Source: Chloroflexota bacterium (GTDB lineage Bacteria > Chloroflexota > Chloroflexia > JAMCWQ01). From it: 58,643 nucleotides of DNA. Below, in pieces: positions 33,535 to 41,174 of this stretch (positions are counted from its first letter, which is position 1; each line of letters starts with the position of its first letter). Below the pieces are notes generated by a model. That model was not told the DNA's origin. It was given only the letters and a program-made list of their open reading frames with translations, and ran no database searches. Made by a program: the position numbers and the translations under genes. The stretch lies in assembly GCA_023480825.1 (NCBI GenBank), contig JAMCWQ010000017.1, positions 1-58,643 of the forward strand. The letters run 5' to 3'.

Positions 33535-35697
33535 TCAGCGCGAGATCGAAACATTGGAAACCGAGATTGATAGAAGTCTTTGGTCGTTACCCAAGCCGAG
33601 GTTTGCGGGAGATTCGGGTGGCTCCTCGCACACCAGTCTCAGCTCAGTTTCGCCTTTGGGTATTTCAAAATGCCCGGTGCTGAATTCGCCGATCGAACCA
33701 GGCTGAACGACGAAGTTGGCAACGAGACGGTCTCCAGCATAAACATCCAAAGTGCGCTTTCGCTGCAAGCTCCACGCTTGGAAATGCAGCTGAACAGACT
33801 CGCTAGTGGAGCTCACCGCTACCAGCGTAGCATGATCAGCCATCCACCTGGTCTGCCCTTGGTCGGTCGATTCCTTGTCGTACCATCCATTCCCGACCTG
33901 AACGAAGAGAGTGTCTCCCTTCTTCTCTACCCGGAACGCCGCAGCTTGGCCATCTTCAAAGTCCGGCGGATGACCGAACAGCGTCTCCGCCATCTTCATC
34001 GCTCTCTGGACGGCATCCGGTTTGTCGAGGTCCTTGTGCACCACGACGTAGCGAATGTTGTAGTAGTCTAGCACATTCTCGCCCATGCTTGGCAAGTCGA
34101 TTTGGTTTATGTCAGGTGCCATACTCAAAGTCACCAACTGCTGGACGCCGGGTGCGCTCTGCACAAAGGGGAAAGGCTGGACGCGCGACGTGTATCCGCC
34201 GACTATCTTCTTCCCGTCAACCGTCTGGTACAGCAAATAACGCGAACGGATGAGGCTGAACGGGATGTCAAGGACCCCAAACTGGCCGGGCTCCTGGGCG
34301 ATCTGCTCATAAACGCTGGGCACCTGGGCCTTTGAGATGGGAAAAGGTATGGCCAAGAACTCGAAACCAATTACCAGCAGCGCCAAGGCCGGGATAGCCA
34401 CATGATACTTCTGGAAGACCGGCCACCGTCTTCGCTTTGCGCTGCGCATAAGAGACAACAAACCCCAGGCCGCCATTACCCCCACGCACAGCATCACGAT
34501 GACGTCGAACCTCGCCACCGCCCGCGAGGTCTTGACGAAGGGAAGGTAGTAGAGCAGCAGGTAGGGTAGCGGTATGTTTGCCTGAAATGCCGTGAAAGTA
34601 GTGCGGCCGGCCACATGCAGTATCGGCCCCAGAGCGAGAACAAAGAAGATGGCGGCCACAACCAGCCAGAACCGGGTTTGCCGCCAGAAGCGCCACAGTC
34701 CGAGACCGGCGAGAGCTAGGGGGAGATACCCGGCAAACACGATCTTCTCCGCCAGTGGGCTGTTGTAGATATCCGTCCACTTGCTGGCAATGGCTCCCCA
34801 GAGCGGATTAAACGGACTGGGCGCGAAGAATGCCAGAAGATCGGGAGAGTGGTGGAGTGTTTGCACGGGATCGTAGACGGCATAGCTGCTTGTCATCGCC
34901 TCTCGTAGCATCGGCACCAGCAAGGGTGATGCTACTACCGTGAATACGCCGAGAACTCCTACGACCCTGACGGCATCGACAGCGAAAATGAGACGTCTCC
35001 GGCGGGCGGTGAATGCTCTATAAGCAAATAGGATGACGGTGAAGATGAGCAGGTACATCACGTAGTACCAATCCGCCAGTGCAGTCAGCGCCAGGAAGAG
35101 GCCAGCAATCGGCACGTATTTCCAGCGCATGGTATCCAGCGCCTTGAGGAGGAACAGGACGTAGAGGGGCAGCCACTCCATCGCTATAAGATTGAGATGG
35201 CCGAGGAGATGGGCGAAATGATATGGGCTGAAGGTAAATATGAATCCTGCCACGAACGAGGCAAGCCACAGTCCGGCTGTGCCTATGTCTTGTCTTCCTT
35301 CCTCCTTGGCGACGTGTCCTCCCAGCAGGTAGTGGGTCAGGAGATACGCGCCCCAGCCGGAAAAGGCGAATCCGGCGAACACGGCGACGTTGTAGGCCAC
35401 AAAGGCATTGAAGACTAACTGAAAAGGCAGGGTCACAAAGGCGTCGAACAGAGTCAGAGTATCAAAGTACAGATTGATGCCTGTCGGGAAGTACAGGAAG
35501 TCGGTATGGAATGGGCCGGAAGCTACCCCAGTGACTACCTGGCGCATCCACCACAGATTCCAGAAGTACTGCCAGTTGTCGCCGTTGGGCCCGGGAATGG
35601 CGTCCCCCATGTGCAACACTAGAGGATAAGTAAGGACAACAGTCAGAACGGCGAATGCAACGAGCGTAATGCCGTGCCGGAGCTTAGGACTACTCAC
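33535..35697 (-). CDS. 720-aa polytopic membrane protein, GT-C-like (family unassigned); paralog of 1838..3997
   Basis: It is colinear with 1838..3997 over its full length, at roughly 55-65% identity by eye. The motifs, TM pattern and C-terminal beta-rich domain are the same. Confidence 0.75.
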   Translation of the reverse strand: MSSPKLRHGITLVAFAVLTVVLTYPLVLHMGDAIPGPNGDNWQYFWNLWWMRQVVTGVASGPFHTDFLYFPTGINLYFDTLTLFDAFVTLPFQLVFNAFVAYNVAVFAGFAFSGWGAYLLTHYLLGGHVAKEEGRQDIGTAGLWLASFVAGFIFTFSPYHFAHLLGHLNLIAMEWLPLYVLFLLKALDTMRWKYVPIAGLFLALTALADWYYVMYLLIFTVILFAYRAFTARRRRLIFAVDAVRVVGVLGVFTVVASPLLVPMLREAMTSSYAVYDPVQTLHHSPDLLAFFAPSPFNPLWGAIASKWTDIYNSPLAEKIVFAGYLPLALAGLGLWRFWRQTRFWLVVAAIFFVLALGPILHVAGRTTFTAFQANIPLPYLLLYYLPFVKTSRAVARFDVIVMLCVGVMAAWGLLSLMRSAKRRRWPVFQKYHVAIPALALLVIGFEFLAIPFPISKAQVPSVYEQIAQEPGQFGVLDIPFSLIRSRYLLYQTVDGKKIVGGYTSRVQPFPFVQSAPGVQQLVTLSMAPDINQIDLPSMGENVLDYYNIRYVVVHKDLDKPDAVQRAMKMAETLFGHPPDFEDGQAAAFRVEKKGDTLFVQVGNGWYDKESTDQGQTRWMADHATLVAVSSTSESVQLHFQAWSLQRKRTLDVYAGDRLVANFVVQPGSIGEFSTGHFEIPKGETELRLVCEEPPESPANLGLGNDQRLLSISVSNVSISR

Positions 35698-37807
35698 CGG
35701 CGCCTCCGGCGTTTGTTTTGACGCTCACCCAATCAACAGCCACCCCGGCATACCTGGCATCCGAGCCATCGCCCTCCTCCGACATCTGCGAGCGAAACTC
35801 CACAGTCAGGGGCGTGTTGGCCTTACTCACATCCGCTACTTTGAAGGTGAAGAGCTGGAAATCCTCTGTCGCTTTGGCCGTCCCCACATCTTTGCCATTT
35901 ACCAGCACCTGTACTGGTAGTGCATTCGGGGACAGGCTCGCCATACGGATGCTGACCTCATCTGCGGTCGCGATAGGCCCGAAGCGGACCTCCGCATTCT
36001 CCCTCGCCCGGCGATAGGACACGCTATCTTTGTTTTCCGCCGGCCAGAAGCCGTCCACGTATCCGGCGTCCAGATAGCCGACGTCGACTCTCTGCCTCGA
36101 CTGCACGGGAAGCCATTTGAAGGTCCAGTCTAGGAGCGCCGCCTCGTCGTCGACATTGAACTGCTTTGCCGTCTTACTCGTATCGCCAGCCCGCCGGTAA
36201 ATCTCGCCAAGCCCGCCATGAGAACGCGGGTCATACGGGTTGACTTGGAGCGCCATCTCATACTGCTTTGCCGCCTCATTCGTCTTGCCGGTCGCCAGAA
36301 GCGTATTCGCCAGCCCTAGCCGTGCGTCGAGAAAATCCGGCTGGAGGCTCAGGGCAGCCTGATAGAATTTCTCCGCGTTGCCGTAATCGCCGACCAAGTA
36401 CGTCTGGTCGGCCTGTGTCTCAAGGCTTTGCCGGTCGAGGACCCGGCCGAGGACCAGGGGCACATTCTGGTAGGCGAACAGTTCCAAAATGACGAACAAA
36501 ACTGCCAGGGCAAGGGCGGCGCTTGCCCACCACTGTTTGCGCCACCGGAAGGCCCTTTCCACCACGGTAACGGCGAAGCAGGCCAGACCGATTATCAAGA
36601 AAGGCATCATGGGCAAGCGATAGCGCAGTCCGATGAAGTCGACGGGAGTGAATAGGGCAAGGACGAAGCAGAAGCCCAGCCATGCTCCGAACAGGGCTGC
36701 CGGCCTCCTCCGGCCGGAAAGGAACAACCCTGCCGGTCCAAGCGCCAGCGCCGCGAGGAAGGGGATGTCGCCCAGCAGTGTGCTTGCGGCGCGCTCCCCC
36801 CAAGAGACGCCTTTATCCACTCGAATAAGGTCCGGCAGATACTCCAGTTTTGCCAGGTAGAAGGCATTGGTCACCGCACTTTCCAAAGCCTGGCGAGGAT
36901 GCGATACCATATAGGACAAAGCTTGCTGGTAAGCATAGCGGTCGCGCTCGGCGTAGCCAGCTATCGGCAGCAAGACCTTCTCCATTTCCGATTTGTCCTG
37001 AAAGCCGCCATTCGCCAGCAGGAAGTTGTACCCACCGGTGGTGTCGACGGGAATGAAGGAATGGTAGACGAGTGCGTTACGCAGAGTCCAAGGGGACACC
37101 ACCATAACGAACGCAATGAGGAACACCGCGACCGTAGTCCAGCCCTTGTGCTTTTCCCGCCTGGCGGATAACCACACCCATATGGCGGCCAGCGGCAGGA
37201 AGAGGAGTGCATAGGAACGCGTCAAGGTGGCCAGGCCGAGGAGAACGCCGCCCGCCGGAAGCCATAGAAGCCGGCTGCCATTGACCGACCATCTGGTCAG
37301 CGCGTACATCGCCCCCAGCAGGAGAACGATAAACAGGGTCTCGGACATGACCAAGTTGCTGATGGTGGCCAAGGGTAGGTAGAGAGCGCAGGCCGCCATA
37401 GCGACGAGAGCGCTGCGCTCGCCGGCAATGCGCCGTGCAATGCCATAGACAAGTAGAACAGCAGTCAGTCCAAGCACCACCTGAACAAGGCGAATATCCA
37501 GTACAGAATATCCAAACAACTTGAAGACGCCAGCCAGGAAGAATATGTAGAGGGGCGGCCTAACCCACTTTGCCGGGTCGTAGTAGCCATCGCCCCCCGC
37601 CAGCATGGCAGCCCGGCCGTAGTATTCTCCCTGATCGCCGCCTTGGGGAACCTGCACCGTGGTGTCGAAATAATATACCCTCAGCAGAAGGGCGGCGAGC
37701 AGTATGGCGGAGATGGCAACAGGAATGACCCACGCCGGAAGAGGGCGTGCAGTCTGCGCCGGGACTGCGATTTCGGATTCGTTTTGTTGATCAGTCATAG
37801 CCGCCAA
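35690..37807 (-). CDS. ArnT/PMT_2-like GT-C glycosyltransferase with TPR repeats and a C-terminal 'YRx-xGVxVDWV' module
   Basis: The N-terminal body has about 11 TM segments, with 'GDQGEYYGRAAMLAGG...WVRPPLYIFFLAG'. The TPR block is 'GDYGNAEKFYQAALSLQPDFLDARLGLANTLLATGKTNEAAKQYEMALQVNPYDPRSHGGLGEIY'. The C-terminal module spans about nt 35720-36110. The start is the TTG at 37807 or the ATG at 37798. Confidence 0.75.
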   Translation of the reverse strand: MAAMTDQQNESEIAVPAQTARPLPAWVIPVAISAILLAALLLRVYYFDTTVQVPQGGDQGEYYGRAAMLAGGDGYYDPAKWVRPPLYIFFLAGVFKLFGYSVLDIRLVQVVLGLTAVLLVYGIARRIAGERSALVAMAACALYLPLATISNLVMSETLFIVLLLGAMYALTRWSVNGSRLLWLPAGGVLLGLATLTRSYALLFLPLAAIWVWLSARREKHKGWTTVAVFLIAFVMVVSPWTLRNALVYHSFIPVDTTGGYNFLLANGGFQDKSEMEKVLLPIAGYAERDRYAYQQALSYMVSHPRQALESAVTNAFYLAKLEYLPDLIRVDKGVSWGERAASTLLGDIPFLAALALGPAGLFLSGRRRPAALFGAWLGFCFVLALFTPVDFIGLRYRLPMMPFLIIGLACFAVTVVERAFRWRKQWWASAALALAVLFVILELFAYQNVPLVLGRVLDRQSLETQADQTYLVGDYGNAEKFYQAALSLQPDFLDARLGLANTLLATGKTNEAAKQYEMALQVNPYDPRSHGGLGEIYRRAGDTSKTAKQFNVDDEAALLDWTFKWLPVQSRQRVDVGYLDAGYVDGFWPAENKDSVSYRRARENAEVRFGPIATADEVSIRMASLSPNALPVQVLVNGKDVGTAKATEDFQLFTFKVADVSKANTPLTVEFRSQMSEEGDGSDARYAGVAVDWVSVKTNAGGAGE

Positions 37808-37847
37808 CTAGCATACTCCAGGCTACGGATAGACCCACCGCGACGCT

Positions 37848-39929
37848 TCATCCGGTGGGCTCCAAGCTAACCCAGTCCAACATGACCCCTAGTAACCTGG
37901 GGTCGGAAAAGCCGGGTGTGAAGATATCAGATTTTATCTCGACAACCAAGTTCTGGCTGGGAGACATGGTGCCTGCCGGCAACTCAATGCTATAGACTGC
38001 CCACCCGCCTGAGGCAACTATGCTGGCAACCGGCTTGCCGTTGGCCAATATGTCGGCCACCGGAGCCGGGAGGCCCTCCGGCCTCCAGCCGCGCATTCGC
38101 AGCGTCAAACGATAACCGGTGGCTGCCGGCGCTCCGGGAAACCGCACAAAGGAATCCCCTGATGTCCAACGGAAAGTAGTTGTCCCATCCTGTTCGCCAA
38201 GCTGCATACCTCGCACATACCCCAGGTCAAGGCCGTCACCTACATCGATTCTGGAGCTGGGCGGCGGGGAAATCTTCTCCCACGCCCAGCTAGTGGGGTT
38301 CTGCTCGTTTACGATGCTGTCCGTGAACAGGCGCCTGGCCGGATCCATCTCGCCGCTGTTGCGGTATATGTCCCCCAACAGTACTTTTGTGCCGAAATAC
38401 TGCTTCCCGTCTTGCAACAACTTCTCTGCCTCTTGCGGGTTGCCCTTCAATATCTCCACGCGGGCCAGCTCAACGCTGGTCTCCGGGATTGTCCTGTCGG
38501 CCTTCTCGAATTCCGTCTGTGCCTGATCAAGTTCGCCCTGATCAAGAAGGAGATCACCGGCGGTGAGATGAGACTGGGACAGCCAGGCCTCAAAACCGAG
38601 CGATGTGAACCCTATTGGATAAGTTGGGAGAACTGTGAAAAGAAACACCGCACAGAGAGCGCCAGCTGCCGCAATGCGCGTGCGGGAAGGAATCGCTGAA
38701 CGTAGCTGGGGAGCCAAGCTCATCACTGCGTAACCGGCGTATGGAAAGAGAAAGGGCAGGACCGGAATACGAAAACGCGCAATTGCGAAAAACACCACAG
38801 CCAAGAGACAGGATACGCCAACCCATAACAGGACCAGCGCCTGCGAAGCATCATGTTTTGCGGTTGCCAGGCCGACCAGCGCCAGACACATGAGGACAAC
38901 GTACAGAGAATCGTCCATGAGGAACAACGCTATCAGGTAAGGGCCAGACACCAGGCCATGGCTGAACCCGTGCACGAAGCGCTCATCCCCGGAGAAGTTG
39001 ATTCGCCACAAGCCCGCCAACCCTTCAGTACCCCTTCCGATCCAACCCAAGGGATCGGATAGGATATCGTGCAAAGCACCGCTGTAAGCCAGCGACTGCC
39101 GCTCCGGAATGCTCGTGGCCTGCGAAAGGGCGGAATAGATGTCCGAACTCGGTCCCTGATGAGAAGCCAGCCAGAGATTCACGGCGCCTGTAGTCTCGAC
39201 CGGGATGAAGGCGTGATAGGCCAAGAAGTTCCTAGCAGTCCATGGAAGCAGTAGAACCACGAACATTGCCAAGAAGACCCCGGCTGCTGCTAAGCGCTGC
39301 CTCCGGCCGCTGGTACTGAAGAACAGCCAGATGGCAACAAATGGCACAAATGCAATCAGCGAGCCTTTGGTGAGGGTAGCCATGCTCATCAGAGCCCCGG
39401 CTGCTCCCACCAAGAGATATCGCCGGTTGGCGGACCGGCTCTTGAGCAAAAGAAGAACGCCGGCAGCGAAGAAAGCCAGGAACAGCGTCTCGGTCAGCAC
39501 CAAATTGGGGAAGATCGCGAAGGGCAGGTAGACTGCGCAGGCCGCAGCGGTAAACAGACCGACCCGCCGGTTGAACAACTCTTTACCGATGAGGTAGAAG
39601 AGGACTATCGTCAGGACGCTTATGCCGTGCTGAATGGCCAGGATTGGCGTGACCTGCGGACCCCAGAGCTTGATGGGAATGGCAAGGAAGACGATATACA
39701 CAGGAGGTCGCAGCCACGGACCGGAATCGAAGAACGAAAAGCCCCTACCCTGGGCCAGGCTCAGCGCCGCCCCGAAGTACTCGCTTTCGTCGCTAACAAA
39801 GTCTCTTCCCGCCAGATACATGGCCATTCCAACACGGAGAAACAGGCCTACGGCGATGATCGCCAGCAGCCATCTGTACCTCCAAAGGAAATCCTTGGCC
39901 CATTTCTGGTATCCGGTTTCTATCCTCAC
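37848..39929 (-). CDS. ArnT/PMT_2-like GT-C glycosyltransferase with TPR-like repeats and a C-terminal 'FRW-LGVMLDWV' module (paralog of 35690..37807)
   Basis: Motifs are 'DESEYFGAALSLAQGRGF...WLRPPVYIVFLAIP' and a TPR-like stretch 'LLLDQGELDQAQTEFEKA...ILKGNPQEAEKLL'. The C-terminal module spans about nt 37851-38260. The GTG start forms a GTGA overlap with the upstream stop. Confidence 0.75.
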   Translation of the reverse strand: MRIETGYQKWAKDFLWRYRWLLAIIAVGLFLRVGMAMYLAGRDFVSDESEYFGAALSLAQGRGFSFFDSGPWLRPPVYIVFLAIPIKLWGPQVTPILAIQHGISVLTIVLFYLIGKELFNRRVGLFTAAACAVYLPFAIFPNLVLTETLFLAFFAAGVLLLLKSRSANRRYLLVGAAGALMSMATLTKGSLIAFVPFVAIWLFFSTSGRRQRLAAAGVFLAMFVVLLLPWTARNFLAYHAFIPVETTGAVNLWLASHQGPSSDIYSALSQATSIPERQSLAYSGALHDILSDPLGWIGRGTEGLAGLWRINFSGDERFVHGFSHGLVSGPYLIALFLMDDSLYVVLMCLALVGLATAKHDASQALVLLWVGVSCLLAVVFFAIARFRIPVLPFLFPYAGYAVMSLAPQLRSAIPSRTRIAAAGALCAVFLFTVLPTYPIGFTSLGFEAWLSQSHLTAGDLLLDQGELDQAQTEFEKADRTIPETSVELARVEILKGNPQEAEKLLQDGKQYFGTKVLLGDIYRNSGEMDPARRLFTDSIVNEQNPTSWAWEKISPPPSSRIDVGDGLDLGYVRGMQLGEQDGTTTFRWTSGDSFVRFPGAPAATGYRLTLRMRGWRPEGLPAPVADILANGKPVASIVASGGWAVYSIELPAGTMSPSQNLVVEIKSDIFTPGFSDPRLLGVMLDWVSLEPTG

Positions 39930-41161
39930 TTATGCGAATCCTGAGCTACTGCTTCTTCAAAGACCTGCAGATACTGCCTTGCCGTCGATTCCCAGTTCAA
40001 CTCGGTTTCCACCCGATGCCGGTTGGCCTGTCCCATCTGCGCCCGCAATGCTGGGGACAGTAAGAGGCGCGATATCGTTGCGGCAAGGGCCTGGGAGTCT
40101 CTTTCTTGCACAAGATACCCATTTTCACCGTCCCGGACGACATCGGGAATACCGGCAATCCGGCTGGCCACCAGTGGCTTTCCGGATGCCATCGCCTCCA
40201 GTAAGACATTGGGCAAACCATCGACGTTGCCGCGTTTGTCACGCACGGACGGCAACACGAAGAGATCTGCTGCCGAGAACAGGCTGATAATCTTATCACG
40301 CCTCACCGGCCCGGCGAGTATCAGGTGATCCGCCACGCCATGCCGGGCGGCCAGGTCCCTCAGTTCCGCTTCGAGGTCTCCGCCGCCCGCGATGACAAAG
40401 CGGACGTTAGGGACGGTTTTCAGCACGTCGGGAATCGCCTGGACTAGATACTCGAATCCTTTCTTGTATACGAGCCGTCCGACGGCCAGAACTAGAAGTT
40501 GCTCCGGAAGTAGGCCCAATTCTTCACGTATTCCGTCGGAGCTATTCGTTCCTCCAAACTCGCCCGGCTCTACGCCATAGGGGATCACCCTGCTGCGCTC
40601 CGGGGCTGCTCCCAATTGCACCGCGCGCGATAGCAACTCCGTGGAGCAGGAGGTTGTGCGGGCGGCGCGACGAAAACTAGCCGTGGCCGCGATTCCGGCA
40701 GGCATCAAACGCTCGGCCAGGAACACATCGGACCCATGCAGACTGACGACGAGCGGTATCCCGCGCCGCCTGGCGACTGCCGCAGCCACCGGTCCATTGG
40801 GGATCACCCAGTGCGCCTGAATCACGTCGAACCGGTGCTGCCCGCTCAACCGCCACAGTTCCCGTGCGGCCCCTACTAAAGCGGCAGGAGCCATGGCAAA
40901 TACGCTCCCCTTCACTTTGACGTCTGCTTCAAGTGATTCGGCATATCCCCACTTGTTCAACGATCGCCAAGGAGCGTACTTGAAGAAATGCAGGTATACG
41001 CCATGCTCGCACCGGCTGTGGCGCAATTCGGGGTGGTACGGCGCGAGCACATGGACCTCATGGCCAAGACTCGCGACGTTACTGGCTATAGATTCGACAA
41101 AAGGCGCTGTCACATCACCCGGGTACTTCGGATAGGACGACGCCAGCATGCATATTCGCAA
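39926..41161 (-). CDS. GT4-family glycosyltransferase
   Basis: Motifs are 'FVIAGGGDLEAELRDL...LILAGPV' and 'VLPSVRDKRGNVDGLPNVLLEAMASGKPLVASRIAGIPDVV'. The ORF track gives 39926..41233. I prefer the TTG at 41161, which yields (M)RICMLASSYP, has GGGAGAG 6 nt upstream, and lies 13 nt after the upstream stop. The ATG at 41149 is also possible. Confidence 0.8.
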   Translation of the reverse strand: MRICMLASSYPKYPGDVTAPFVESIASNVASLGHEVHVLAPYHPELRHSRCEHGVYLHFFKYAPWRSLNKWGYAESLEADVKVKGSVFAMAPAALVGAARELWRLSGQHRFDVIQAHWVIPNGPVAAAVARRRGIPLVVSLHGSDVFLAERLMPAGIAATASFRRAARTTSCSTELLSRAVQLGAAPERSRVIPYGVEPGEFGGTNSSDGIREELGLLPEQLLVLAVGRLVYKKGFEYLVQAIPDVLKTVPNVRFVIAGGGDLEAELRDLAARHGVADHLILAGPVRRDKIISLFSAADLFVLPSVRDKRGNVDGLPNVLLEAMASGKPLVASRIAGIPDVVRDGENGYLVQERDSQALAATISRLLLSPALRAQMGQANRHRVETELNWESTARQYLQVFEEAVAQDSHK

Positions 41162-41174
41162 GGCAGACTCTCCC

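Noticed and set aside
33365-33706. The 113-aa plus-strand ORF listed in the gap region.
   Set aside because: It runs antisense to the well-supported Trm112-like gene and to the 3' end of the 720-aa gene. It has no recognisable motif and no ribosome-binding site.
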